Assembly: GCA_964599615.1 (NCBI GenBank)
Contig: CAZRGF010000004.1
Location: 3,810 to 67,809 of the forward strand
DNA: 64,000 nt
Direction of reading: 5' to 3'
Source of the DNA: Candidatus Woesearchaeota archaeon
Lineage (GTDB): Archaea > Nanobdellota > Nanobdellia > Pacearchaeales > UBA284
How positions within the stretch are numbered: position 1 is the first letter of the stretch; each line of letters starts with the position of its first letter. Both the position numbers and the translations under genes were made by a program. Of this stretch, positions 10,113 through 19,939 are shown piece after piece. The notes beneath the pieces were generated by a model, which was not told where the DNA came from, made no database searches, and saw nothing but the letters and a program-made list of their open reading frames with translations.

Positions 10113-11444
10113 TTAGCCCTGATTTTTATTTACAAAAGCAGGGCTTTTATACTTTTTGCTTGGTTTTAATTTCTTAAGTTCTTTGATTTCTTTTTCAGTT
10201 CTCTTCTGGATATATCTCGGGCCGATTATTGTAACAAGAAGCATAGCCAAAAACAAGATAACGTCAATGATAAGTATCATCCAGACAAATTGTTGTAACG
10301 TTTTATGGAATAATAGCAATAATCCAATCTCTAAAAAAACAGCACTTGCTAAAACACGGGCAGTTATCTTTTTATTTTTGTCCAAAGAGAGATTATAGTA
10401 CACAAGTAGATTGCTGAATGAAAAAAAAGCCATTGCTATAATCATATACTTAAGATAAGGGGCTACTGCAGTATATTGGTCGCCTAAGATGACTGAAACA
10501 ATGGGCCCTGGAAAGAATAAAAACAATAAGAATGCACAAGCAAACATTATTATCAAAAACAAACTGATTTTTTTAAGTATTTTAGTGCATTCTTCTTCTT
10601 CGCTTTTTATATTCTGTTCAGTCAGATTTGGCATCATTGCTCTCTTTGTTCCAATAGCAATAAAGAAGAATGCTTTGCATATCAGCGAAATTCCAGCGTA
10701 TATCCCTGCTACTCTTGGGGTGAAGAAGTATCTGGCAAGAATAATATCTACACTGTACATCAAGGTCACTAAACCAAAGATAAGGAGAGTTGCTAAAGAA
10801 TATTTCATTAAATTTTCCTTAATCTTCTTTCTTTTTTTCTTTTGTATATATCCAAAAGAAAGATAAGCGATTAAAAAAACAATGCCCATAGAAATTGGTG
10901 AAGAAATTAGTGCACCATATATCTGGGAATTAGTAGGCAAAGCTAGAACAAGCAGAATAGCAAGGATGAGTCTTAAAACACCTTCAATAGAGTTATTGAT
11001 TCCAAGTTCTTTAAATTTGCCAAGTCCTTGATAAACCCCCCAAAAAACCGGCAATACAAAAGAAAATATCAAAATAGTTAAAGCAGTAGCTAAAACCCAA
11101 AAATTAGTATGAAACAGACCAGTTAACAACGGGCTCAAGGCTAATAATAAAACAAGGAGAATTATAGATACAATGAATATCTTTTTTAACGAACTGCTTA
11201 ATAATTCATGGATTTTTCCATTATCTTTTTGAACATTATACTTTGTAGTGTATCTAGAGATTACAGTTCTTATCGCTTCTTGTGGAATAGTTAGTATATA
11301 CGTAAATGCGATAATAGAATAAAGCAGACTATAGTCTTCAATAGACATCATCCTCGCCATAGAGAAAGTGAATAGATAGCTTGCTATTGCTGCAACAGCC
11401 GAGAACAATATTAGGGTAAAAGCATCTTTTGTTACTTTGTGCAT
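10113..11444 (-). CDS. oligo/polysaccharide flippase (Wzx/MATE-like, AglR-type)
   Basis: 443 aa, ~12 predicted TM helices, position immediately downstream of aglB. Confidence 0.55.
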   Translation of the reverse strand: MHKVTKDAFTLILFSAVAAIASYLFTFSMARMMSIEDYSLLYSIIAFTYILTIPQEAIRTVISRYTTKYNVQKDNGKIHELLSSSLKKIFIVSIILLVLLLALSPLLTGLFHTNFWVLATALTILIFSFVLPVFWGVYQGLGKFKELGINNSIEGVLRLILAILLVLALPTNSQIYGALISSPISMGIVFLIAYLSFGYIQKKKRKKIKENLMKYSLATLLIFGLVTLMYSVDIILARYFFTPRVAGIYAGISLICKAFFFIAIGTKRAMMPNLTEQNIKSEEEECTKILKKISLFLIIMFACAFLLFLFFPGPIVSVILGDQYTAVAPYLKYMIIAMAFFSFSNLLVYYNLSLDKNKKITARVLASAVFLEIGLLLLFHKTLQQFVWMILIIDVILFLAMLLVTIIGPRYIQKRTEKEIKELKKLKPSKKYKSPAFVNKNQG

Positions 11445-11479
11445 TTTAAGGTTTTTTTCTTATGATAGGGGATTATACT

Positions 11480-12406
11480 TTAAAAAATAGACATTATCGA
11501 AGGGGTTAGGAAAATTTCCATAAATGCTGCAACAACAAGAATGATCAGGGCCAAGATAATCAGGTCAAGTGAATCTTGTATGACATGCCAAAATTCCTTT
11601 TTTCCAAAATCATGTTTTATTACTGCCACACTAATAATCCCGCCAGCTAAAGCAGCAACAAAATAAGCAGCTATTTCAGGCAATCCATGGACAAGATACC
11701 TTAAAAAAGAAACGGGAATGTTTTGTACAGCGCCTTCACTAAATAATCCTATCGCTGTTCCAATCACGCTTGCGTTCCAAGCGAGGATGAATATTGCTCC
11801 CCCGCCAAAAAGAAAAGAGAACAACAACACAGTGATCATAACAAAAAAATTGTTGGCAAGTATTGAAGATACTCCCTTAAGGCTTATCTCCACATTTTTT
11901 CCTGTTACTGAATTGCCCATGATTTTAGCGCAATTCTGCAAATCTCCGCTGTTAATTGCGCAATAAGACTCCAATTGTGCTGTGAAACAGCTATCTACCA
12001 GGTCTTGTGGCATCAGTATGAAAGCTAAAGAAAAGGCGATAAGATAACCGATGAACAAGAACATTAATGCGCTTATTGCTTTTCCATGTTCTTTGATAAG
12101 TGCTCCTTCTTCTTTAATCTTTTTTTCTTTTCTTTCTTCTAATTTGACAATATAATACATGAAAGGGATTGAGAGAATCGTTGTAAAGGTGACCATGAAT
12201 ACACTGTTGTATTTTTCTAAAGCAGCACTGCCATGAAAAAGAAAAATAGAAACAAGAATAGCGACAACAGCATAGAAAAATCCAATTATCATCATTTCCC
12301 AGGGTCTTCTTTCAGCTTTCTTAGGATTCATTAAAAATTCTAACATTTTTCTCTTTTTTTGCTTTTTTAACAAGGGCATATGTCTTTTAAAAGGTTTCGA
12401 AAGCAA
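11480..12406 (-). CDS. polytopic membrane protein of unknown function
   Basis: hydrophobic multi-TM ORF; no recognisable catalytic motif. Confidence 0.4.
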   Translation of the reverse strand: MLSKPFKRHMPLLKKQKKRKMLEFLMNPKKAERRPWEMMIIGFFYAVVAILVSIFLFHGSAALEKYNSVFMVTFTTILSIPFMYYIVKLEERKEKKIKEEGALIKEHGKAISALMFLFIGYLIAFSLAFILMPQDLVDSCFTAQLESYCAINSGDLQNCAKIMGNSVTGKNVEISLKGVSSILANNFFVMITVLLFSFLFGGGAIFILAWNASVIGTAIGLFSEGAVQNIPVSFLRYLVHGLPEIAAYFVAALAGGIISVAVIKHDFGKKEFWHVIQDSLDLIILALIILVVAAFMEIFLTPSIMSIF

Positions 12407-12423
12407 TTAAAACCCCCAGGAAT

Positions 12424-12560
12424 AGACTTTGCCAAATCTCCTGCTGTGTGCTTTGCGTGAATCATGACTAAGTGATTGTCATTTTTCAAAAAATCTTAAA
12501 AATTCAGTTAAAAAATAGGACAAAACCAGTTTTAACATTTAAAGAGGGCAAGGTCAAGTT
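12424..12560. mobile_element. MITE-like element family A, divergent copy
   Basis: 5' tagactttgccaaatctcc ... 3' gggcaaggtcaagttt. Confidence 0.4.
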
Positions 12561-12608
12561 TGAAAGCAAAGATTTTTAATTAAGAAAAATCATCTAATTT
12601 AAGAAATC

Positions 12609-13484
12609 ATGAAAAAAGAGGAGAGCATGGACAAAGACAAAAAGAACAACTTTCAATTTGAAAAGATTTGCCAGGACATAAAATCCCTAAAGATTCAAGG
12701 GGCAGAACAAATTGCTCGCGCTGCTTTGAAAGCCCTCGAGATAAGATCTGATAGCAAAGCTGTCCGAAAATTAATCAGCCTAAGGCCCACAGAACCTTGT
12801 TTAAGGAATTCTATTAAATATGCTACTTCGTTTTATGACATAAAAATAGGAGTATCAGAAACAGTTAAGATAATGGACATAGCAAGAGAAAAGATAATTT
12901 CTTGCGGTGCTAACATGATTCCAAAAAATTCAACTGTTTTTACTCATTGCCATAGCGGAACAGTCATCTCAATCCTTTTAGAAGCAAAAAGACAAGGAAA
13001 AAAATTTCAAGTTTATAACACAGAAACAAGACCTAATCTACAGGGGAGGATAACTGCATTAGAACTCTTAAAAGGGGGAATTCCCGTCACAATGTTTGTT
13101 GATTCTGCTTCAACAGCTGCATTGAAAGGAGCAGATATTTTTTTATTTGGGGCAGATGCCATAACAAGCCAAGGTTCAGTGATAAATAAGATAGGGAATA
13201 AGATGTTAGCAGAAATAGCTGAAAAATATGATGTTCCGAGTTATTCTTGTACTTTCTCTTGGAAATTTGATCCTAAAACCACCCTCGGGGCAATAGAAAA
13301 ATTAGAATCAAGAAAAGAAAAAGAAGTCTGGCCAGGCAAGCCCCCAAAACTCAAGATAAGCAATGTAGTTTTTGAAGAGGTTCAACCACATTTAATTACA
13401 GGAATCATTTCAGAATTAGGTGTATTCAGCCCAGATACCTTTGTCTCAGAATTCAGAATAAAATATCCTGCCTTATTAGATTGA
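12609..13484 (+). CDS. eIF-2B alpha/beta/delta-like protein (aIF-2BII / ribose-1,5-bisphosphate isomerase family)
   Basis: family-typical core region ...FTHCHSGTVISILLEAKRQGKKFQVYNTETRP... Confidence 0.6.
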   Translation: MKKEESMDKDKKNNFQFEKICQDIKSLKIQGAEQIARAALKALEIRSDSKAVRKLISLRPTEPCLRNSIKYATSFYDIKIGVSETVKIMDIAREKIISCGANMIPKNSTVFTHCHSGTVISILLEAKRQGKKFQVYNTETRPNLQGRITALELLKGGIPVTMFVDSASTAALKGADIFLFGADAITSQGSVINKIGNKMLAEIAEKYDVPSYSCTFSWKFDPKTTLGAIEKLESRKEKEVWPGKPPKLKISNVVFEEVQPHLITGIISELGVFSPDTFVSEFRIKYPALLD

Positions 13485-13493
13485 GATATTAAA

Positions 13494-14159
13494 ATGAAAA
13501 AACTAGTTTCTTTTGACTTAGACCAAACTCTAGTCAAGACAACAAAAGCTCATTCTTTGGCATTTAGACACGCCTTTAAAGAAAAAGGTATTGATGTGAA
13601 AGAGAATCTTATCTGGCCTTTTATCGATGGAAGACATAGCCGTGAAGTTATTTTATCAATTGCAAAAAAAATAAAAATAAAGCTAACTGAAGAGCAAATT
13701 GAAGAAATTAGAAAATTTCACCATTATTTTTTAAGAAAAACAAGAAAATATGCTAAACCAATGCCAGGAGCTAAAAAAACTCTTAGAGAATTAAAAAAAA
13801 ATTACTCTCTTGCATTATTGACTAATTGTGCAGAGGAAGAAGCATATTTTTTATTAAAAGCTTCTAAAATAGACAAAAAAATCTTTGATATAATGGTTTT
13901 AGCAGATCAAGTTAAAAATCCAAAACCCTGGCCAGATGAGATATTCAAAGCAGAGAAAATACTTCATATAAAATCAGATATCCACGTAGGGGATTCTGTT
14001 TATGACGTGATTGCAGCAAAAAAAGCGAAGGCAATGAGCATAGCTATCCTTTCTGGACAATCAACAATAAGCCAATTAATTAAACTCAAGCCCGACTTTA
14101 TCATAAAAAATATAAAAACACTTCCGGGTATACTAAAAAAAATAGAATCACAGAGGTAA
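13494..14159 (+). CDS. HAD-superfamily hydrolase
   Basis: motif I FDLDQTL (DxDxT); haloacid-dehalogenase-like layout. Confidence 0.6.
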   Translation: MKKLVSFDLDQTLVKTTKAHSLAFRHAFKEKGIDVKENLIWPFIDGRHSREVILSIAKKIKIKLTEEQIEEIRKFHHYFLRKTRKYAKPMPGAKKTLRELKKNYSLALLTNCAEEEAYFLLKASKIDKKIFDIMVLADQVKNPKPWPDEIFKAEKILHIKSDIHVGDSVYDVIAAKKAKAMSIAILSGQSTISQLIKLKPDFIIKNIKTLPGILKKIESQR

Positions 14160-14226
14160 GTCCAATTTAGTTCTCGAAAACAATTTCAAAAAACTTGGGG
14201 ATGTAATACATACAGATGGTTTTCTA

Positions 14227-14358
14227 ACTTGACTTTGCCAAATGCGAGGTATGTGTTAATAGGGTATACTGTTTTATTTGTTTTTCTCGAAAATTCTCTT
14301 AAAATAGAAGATAAAAATCGAATTAAAATACTTTAACTTATATCTGGCAAAGTTAAGT
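14227..14358. mobile_element. MITE-like element family A copy
   Basis: 5' acttgactttgccaaatgcgagg ... 3' ctggcaaagttaagt. Confidence 0.55.
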
Positions 14359-14366
14359 TTCTAAGG

Positions 14367-14780
14367 TTATTGACTTTCTTGAATATCTTTTTGGATTCCC
14401 ATCATTTCTTGAGCAAGCATTTGTGCTTGATCTACAATTTTTTCTCTCACTGAGACAAAATCTTCAAATTTCTTGTTGATGATTTCCTGTGCTTCGGGGA
14501 TAGATTTTTTTGCAAAGATCTTTGAACCAATATCCACAAAAACCTCGTTATTGTCCAAGAGTTTTGATTTCACAAAGATATTCTGGCCTATGGGGGACAA
14601 GACTTCATTGTCTAATCTAGTTGTCTCTAAATCTTGCAAAGCAATGCTAGTCAATTGGAATTCCTGAATCTGCTTTTCAATGATCTGGAGTTGCTGCTCC
14701 ATCTCTTGAAGTTTGTTATTCATCATATTAAGCTCTAGAATGCTTCTTTCTAATTCTTTATCTTTTAATTTGTCGGCCAT
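14367..14780 (-). CDS. pfdA: prefoldin alpha subunit
   Basis: 137 aa; two coiled-coil arms flanking two beta-hairpin segments. Confidence 0.5.
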   Translation of the reverse strand: MADKLKDKELERSILELNMMNNKLQEMEQQLQIIEKQIQEFQLTSIALQDLETTRLDNEVLSPIGQNIFVKSKLLDNNEVFVDIGSKIFAKKSIPEAQEIINKKFEDFVSVREKIVDQAQMLAQEMMGIQKDIQESQ

Positions 14781-14812
14781 TTTATCTTCAAGTTATGTTT
14801 TATTGATAGATT

Positions 14813-15271
14813 CTAGAATTTTAAAATCTTTCTGAAAACCATGCTGAATACGAAACTTAAAACAAAATAACAAAGAAACCAGCCAGCACCAGTTCCAATT
14901 AAAGGCAGATTAGTGCCCCATGATATTATATTTCCTGAATTTCCTACTCCTATTACTGCGCTACTATAAACTTGTTTCAGCAAGCTGAATATGATCAAGA
15001 CAGGCAAGAAAGTTATTAACATTGGTTTAAAACTTAATTTTAAGGATTCCATACTCAAAGACATTGTTTCATTCTGGATTTCATTCAGCTTCTTCATGTC
15101 TTTTGTCTGTTTCATCTCATTTCTAAGGACTTTCTGTCTTTCATTGATTTCTTTGTATCTCCTGTGGTTGATAGTCTTCTTATAAACCCAGGTCAATAAG
15201 AAAGTCAAGACTGCAGAAATCAGTAATATACTGATAAACGGACTCCATTGTATAAAATCTGTTATAAACAT
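14813..15271 (-). CDS. DUF106-type membrane protein (possible Oxa1/YidC-like insertase)
   Basis: TM1 – charged coiled coil – TM2/TM3 layout; adjacent to secY. Confidence 0.35.
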   Translation of the reverse strand: MFITDFIQWSPFISILLISAVLTFLLTWVYKKTINHRRYKEINERQKVLRNEMKQTKDMKKLNEIQNETMSLSMESLKLSFKPMLITFLPVLIIFSLLKQVYSSAVIGVGNSGNIISWGTNLPLIGTGAGWFLCYFVLSFVFSMVFRKILKF

Positions 15272-15295
15272 TTTATAAATAATGATTCATGACTT

Positions 15296-16171
15296 TTAAA
15301 CCTTGTTATCTAAGCCCTCTTTATCTGAATGTTTTAATTTTTTACATACTAATAAACCATTTCTGACAACAAAAGTTCCGCAAATCCACTGGTATGTTTT
15401 AGTTAAATCTTCCATTGCTTTGGGAAGTTCTTCCAAGACTCTTAAAATATCTTTTTCCCTATTTTCATCTCTTAGGGATTTTAAGAATTGCAGATACTCT
15501 GGACTGGTGTGATAACTATCTACACAAATTTTTTCATAAATTCCCCACATCCCCAATGTCAGACGATCATGTCTTGATAAATCAACTGGTTCTTCTAAAT
15601 TTCTTTTCTTTAATGCTAAAAAAGGAAAGAGATCTTCATCCTGGAAGCTTAAAGTCCTTATCGCACACACAACTTCTAGATGATTATCTTTTTCATCCAA
15701 ATTTTTTAAATCAACCTTGGAAAAAAGAGGCCCGAGAAAATCAGAATCCATTTCAGAATCCTTTCTGAATGGATGTGTATGGACATTAATTTCATCCTTA
15801 TATCCATTTTCTTTTCGAGTCATATCCCAACCAAAATCTAGTCTATCTTTTTTTTCAAAATATAAAATTCTTTTTTTAGCTAATTCCACTACCTTGCGAA
15901 TGCTTTGTAACTGATGAAGTGGTTTTCCATAATCCTTTTCACTATCACTATTTAAAACCAGATTGTCTGCAAGAACCGAAGTCTCTTCTCCAATAAAAAC
16001 AGGGGAATAATAAATCCCTTCTTTTTCTGGATGAGACAATATTCTAAATGCAGTTTCTCTTCCAGTTTCTTGAGTTTGTTTGACACATAAGGTCATTCCG
16101 TTCATGAAAGCTTCACTACTTATCTCATTGCAATATTCATTTAAAGTTCTAAACTTACCTTGATAATCCAT
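15296..16171 (-). CDS. hypothetical protein (degenerate JAMM-like HxH...SxxD motif)
   Basis: long ORF; VHTHPFRKDSEMD motif. Confidence 0.4.
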   Translation of the reverse strand: MDYQGKFRTLNEYCNEISSEAFMNGMTLCVKQTQETGRETAFRILSHPEKEGIYYSPVFIGEETSVLADNLVLNSDSEKDYGKPLHQLQSIRKVVELAKKRILYFEKKDRLDFGWDMTRKENGYKDEINVHTHPFRKDSEMDSDFLGPLFSKVDLKNLDEKDNHLEVVCAIRTLSFQDEDLFPFLALKKRNLEEPVDLSRHDRLTLGMWGIYEKICVDSYHTSPEYLQFLKSLRDENREKDILRVLEELPKAMEDLTKTYQWICGTFVVRNGLLVCKKLKHSDKEGLDNKV

Positions 16172-16254
16172 AGAAGATAAACCTTTATTAGTATTTAAAT
16201 CTTTGTTGTGTTGTTACTATGCGGTGTCAATAAAATAAGTTCAACAAGAAAATT

Positions 16255-17649
16255 TTAACCTGCTCCAACGAATTTTCTTGCTAAAGGATTAGAATCCATT
16301 GCATGTTGTTGTGCGATGTCTTCATACATCTTGTAAAGTATCATGACTGAAAGCAAGAGTCCTGTTCCTCTTACTAATGCTCCACTTATATCTGCTAGGG
16401 CAGCTAATAAACCAACAGCAGCTCCTCCCATGATAGTCAGGGGCATGATATACCTTGAAAGAATAGATTCTATAACCCTCGGATCTCGTCTGAATCCAGA
16501 TACTTGCAATCCACTTGAAGAAATCTGGTTTGCTTGACTTGAAGCATCCATCCCAGAAGTCTTGACCCAAAAAACAGCGAACATTATTGAGCCAGCAATC
16601 ATAAAGAGAGCATAAAAAATAGATTGGAGTATCATTGAGCCCTGTAATGAGCCCTTGATTATAGGTTCAATTATTCCATTGTTAGGAGGAGATAGCCAGT
16701 AAGCTAGTCCAGACTCCGCAACTCCCTGGCTGCTGAATGTTCCTAAAAAAGTAAATGCTGTTGAGACTTTTTGCGCTAAAACTGCCACTAACTGGAGATT
16801 AGCATGCAGCGCAGCAGTTAAAATAACTGGGATGTTGCTGGTATAAAAGAAAGCTAAAGGCCATCTTATATTAAAACCCCTAATTCTGCCAAAAGACAGC
16901 GGGACTTCTACTTTTATTGCTTGGGTATAAACAACTGCAAAGAAAACTAGAACAGTTGCTGCAATTGCAGCAAATGCCACTCCTGCGTTTATTATTGACC
17001 CCGGGTTATTTGCATTAAATAAAGAACTAATCAGAACAAGAACTTTTCCCGTAGGCTCTATTGTCCTAGTCTGGCCTAAAAATCCAAATGCCTTAGCAAA
17101 CAATTGCCAGGCAACTCCACCGACTATGAATATAGAGATACCACTTCCAAAACCATATTTGGAAACAACTTCATCCATGAGCATTACTAGAAGTCCGCCA
17201 ACAACTAATTGCAATATCAAGAACCATTCCCAACCAGGTTGAGCTAACAAACCTTTCATCATAACATATATGACTGATTCAAATACTACAAAGAAGATAG
17301 ACATTATCTTTTGCAAACCCTCAAAAGTTTTTTTGCCGTCTGGGGTAGAAGTATCAATCTTGATTAATTTTGATCCGACTAATAACTGCAATACAATTGA
17401 AGCAGTGACAATAGGCCCTATTCCCAAGCTCATCATACTGCCAAAACTTGCTCCGAAGATGATTGCTAAAAATTCAAACCTGCTTAACGCGCTTTCTTCT
17501 AACTTCACTAGAGGAATATTGGACAAAACAAAAAAACAAGCAAGTATGACTAAAGTCCATTTTAGTCTTATATCAAAACCAAGCTTTTTTTCTGTAGGTT
17601 TCTTTACTTCTGGAAGATTTAATAAGATATTCTTAAGAGCAAATGGCAT
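16255..17649 (-). CDS. secY: preprotein translocase subunit SecY
   Basis: 464 aa, 10 TM layout, immediately downstream of uL15 as in the archaeal L15–SecY operon. Confidence 0.9.
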   Translation of the reverse strand: MPFALKNILLNLPEVKKPTEKKLGFDIRLKWTLVILACFFVLSNIPLVKLEESALSRFEFLAIIFGASFGSMMSLGIGPIVTASIVLQLLVGSKLIKIDTSTPDGKKTFEGLQKIMSIFFVVFESVIYVMMKGLLAQPGWEWFLILQLVVGGLLVMLMDEVVSKYGFGSGISIFIVGGVAWQLFAKAFGFLGQTRTIEPTGKVLVLISSLFNANNPGSIINAGVAFAAIAATVLVFFAVVYTQAIKVEVPLSFGRIRGFNIRWPLAFFYTSNIPVILTAALHANLQLVAVLAQKVSTAFTFLGTFSSQGVAESGLAYWLSPPNNGIIEPIIKGSLQGSMILQSIFYALFMIAGSIMFAVFWVKTSGMDASSQANQISSSGLQVSGFRRDPRVIESILSRYIMPLTIMGGAAVGLLAALADISGALVRGTGLLLSVMILYKMYEDIAQQHAMDSNPLARKFVGAG

Positions 17650-17790
17650 TTTTTATCTATATATTTTAATCCAGTTTTTATTTTTTATTAGTTCTGTTTT
17701 ATTCCGGGTTTTTGCATACATCAGTTCTTTCTGCTTTTAATGATATGTTCAAACTCAACTATCTAATCAATGATTAACACTTGAATATAA

Positions 17791-18219
17791 TTAAATCTTG
17801 GTTGCAGAACCGCCCATCTTAACAATTTTTTCTTCAGCTTTTTTTGAAAATGCAAATGCTTTAACAAAAAGTTTTTTATCGACTTTGCCAGATGAAAGTA
17901 TCTTGAATCCCTTTAATTCAATTTCAAATCCATTGTTGACTTTTTTAGCCTTTCCTTTTTTGACAAAACTCTCTATTTTATCACTGATCATACCAAGGTT
18001 CATTGTCCTGATTTTTTTATTCCTGCTGATAAAACCATGTTTTCCAAAATAATCTGGATGATATTTCAAGATCCATGTTCTCTTTTGACCTGCTTTTTTG
18101 CCTGTTCCAGCCATCCCCTTTCCACCCTTGCTTCCTTTTCCTCTATGCTTGAATTTTTGGCCATAACCACAGGTCCTTCTTCCTCGCAATCTTGATCTTA
18201 CTTTCCTTTTTTTGTACAT
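17791..18219 (-). CDS. rpl15: 50S ribosomal protein uL15
   Basis: RRTCGYGQKFKHRGKGSKGGKG glycine/lysine-rich uL15 signature. Confidence 0.85.
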   Translation of the reverse strand: MYKKRKVRSRLRGRRTCGYGQKFKHRGKGSKGGKGMAGTGKKAGQKRTWILKYHPDYFGKHGFISRNKKIRTMNLGMISDKIESFVKKGKAKKVNNGFEIELKGFKILSSGKVDKKLFVKAFAFSKKAEEKIVKMGGSATKI

Positions 18220-18246
18220 TTTTATTGTTATGTGTTTTGTGTAACT

Positions 18247-18287
18247 GGATTTTGCAACGTTGTGTTCTGAAGAACACCAAAATCCTT
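18247..18287. repeat. promoter-proximal motif D copy 1 (ttttgcaacgttgtg...caccaaaa) upstream of uL15-secY
   Basis: near-identical to 55059..55099 in the same orientation relative to the downstream gene. Confidence 0.5.
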
Positions 18288-18571
18288 TGTTAATTTATTT
18301 ATTAATGTTTAACTTTGTTTATTATCTTGCCTATTTAACAACCTTCTTGCTTTTTGGTTTAAAAACTTTGCCCATGCAATTCCTGCATTTTACACTGCCT
18401 TCGGTTATTTTCCTTGCTTCAGCCCTGACTTTTGTATGGCATCTTTTGCATACAAATATGTTTTTGAATAATCTGTTCTGTGCAGCTGCGATTTTTGTTG
18501 CCATTTTTGTATTGTTTTATTTTTTTAATGATTATTTAGGGTTATATTTTTTTATACAATTTATGCATAAC

Positions 18572-18627
18572 CCTTATAGCTGGTTGCATGCAACCAAATT
18601 TTGTTTGTTTTGCGCTTTGCTTTTCAT
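18572..18627. repeat. hairpin repeat family B copy (cttatagctgg-hairpin-ccaaa...gcgctttgcttttcat)
   Basis: aligns with 41910-41966, 44926-44990 and 60252-60317 (reverse complement). Confidence 0.6.
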
Positions 18628-18642
18628 TTATTTTTCTTATCA

Positions 18643-19053
18643 TCACGCTAATCTTTTAATTATTTTTTTGCCGTCAACATTCCAGTATTCAACATTCCTG
18701 TTTTCTTGAGTTTCTTGGAATTCAGGGATAAGGTCTTGAGCAACAGGAATTTCTATTGTCTCAAAATTTTCCAAGTCCATAACACTTGCTGTTCCTTTGA
18801 ATTTGTCAAAACTCAAAAGTTGTGCCCTTCTTTTTTCAATCATCGGAACTTCATATCTTTCAGAACCTGGAACCGCGACAATCCTTTTCTTGTTATCAAC
18901 TATCCCAATTGCTTCAATTCTGCACTTGCTTGCGCCATGTTTCCCACTTTTGCTTATATCAATTGATTTTACAGAGCATGCAACACCATCTATAGGAATA
19001 GTATTTCCTACTTTTACATTACTTGCATCAATCCAATTTCCCATGTTAACCAA
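18643..19053 (-). CDS. eif5a: translation initiation factor 5A (aIF-5A)
   Basis: hypusine-loop motif SKSGKHGASKC; 136 aa. Confidence 0.85.
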   Translation of the reverse strand: MVNMGNWIDASNVKVGNTIPIDGVACSVKSIDISKSGKHGASKCRIEAIGIVDNKKRIVAVPGSERYEVPMIEKRRAQLLSFDKFKGTASVMDLENFETIEIPVAQDLIPEFQETQENRNVEYWNVDGKKIIKRLA

Positions 19054-19070
19054 AGAAAAATTTAATTTTT

Positions 19071-19133
19071 AAACCTTTCTGTAAAGAAAGGTTTACCTCT
19101 TTCCGAGGTTTCTTTCAGAAAGCTCGTTTAAAA
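19071..19133. repeat. 63-bp multi-hairpin element C copy 1 (18 nt upstream of aIF-5A start, minus orientation)
   Basis: exact reverse complement of 24167..24230. Confidence 0.7.
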
Positions 19134-19139
19134 CTTCGC

Positions 19140-19495
19140 TTTTTGAGATGATGTTTTACTTTCCATCAATTGGGTTAGAAATTCAAGCAATGTTTCTTTA
19201 TCAACATTAAAATCTATTAAAGCCTCACTGCATGTTTTAATTGGTGAACTTACAACAAGGTTCCGTGGGTTTCCAATATCTATAACTAAACAATCTGCTC
19301 TATCCTTTTCTGGAGCTGAAATTATCCTCCTCCTATAACCTGGTAATGCTAAATTAACAGCAGCACTATCATGTTCAGAGGTGAAGCCTAAAAATCCCCT
19401 CTTCTAAAACCATGTAAACAATTAGCAAGGTTATCTACAGTAACATAAGTTTCGATCCTATTATCAATACCTGTTTCATAAATTATAACTTTCAT
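19140..19495 (-). pseudogene. frameshifted or unannotated gene of unknown function (about 118 aa if the two frames are joined)
   Basis: ATG at 19495; frame 1 runs 35 codons (MKVIIYETGIDNRIETYV...) and overlaps frame 2 (KRGFLGFTSEHDSAAVNLALPGYRRRIISAPEKDRADCLVIDIGNPRNLVV...) around a T5/G4 homopolymer. Confidence 0.35.
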
Positions 19496-19496
19496 C

Positions 19497-19934
19497 TTAG
19501 AAATTCTTTCGTATATTGTCTTTTATCTCTTTAATGTCTCTTTTTTTCAATTTCTGTCTTGTTCTTTTCTCAAGTTTTGGAAAAACGATGCTTGCCCTAG
19601 GTTTAGGCACTGGTATTGAGTTAGAAGAAGTTATTGGTTTTCTTTGAGCGATTTCCTTCATGATTCTTTCAACTTCCAAAATCGCTTTATCTCTCGCTTC
19701 TTTGCTTTGGACTTTTTCAACTTTTTTAGGAGAAATTTCTTTTAAAACTCCCTCTAGTAATTGGATTTTCAATTCTTGCTCATAGAGTTTCTTTGTTAAA
19801 ATTCCCAAAGCAGTCCATAATTGTGCATTTGCTGGTTTTTCTGATTTTCTGTAAGCTGGAAAGAACGTAGTCTTCTTAATCAAATCATCGACATATTGCG
19901 CAAGTTCTTTATCAAGTTCTTTTCTCCATTCCAT
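19497..19934 (-). CDS. hypothetical protein
   Basis: 145 aa, K/E-rich ORF. Confidence 0.4.
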   Translation of the reverse strand: MEWRKELDKELAQYVDDLIKKTTFFPAYRKSEKPANAQLWTALGILTKKLYEQELKIQLLEGVLKEISPKKVEKVQSKEARDKAILEVERIMKEIAQRKPITSSNSIPVPKPRASIVFPKLEKRTRQKLKKRDIKEIKDNIRKNF

Positions 19935-19939
19935 TTTTT

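Noticed and set aside
18260-18709. 149-aa plus-strand ORF rich in F/L/Y
   Set aside because: Low-complexity translation of AT-rich intergenic DNA containing repeat B and motif D; no protein-like features.
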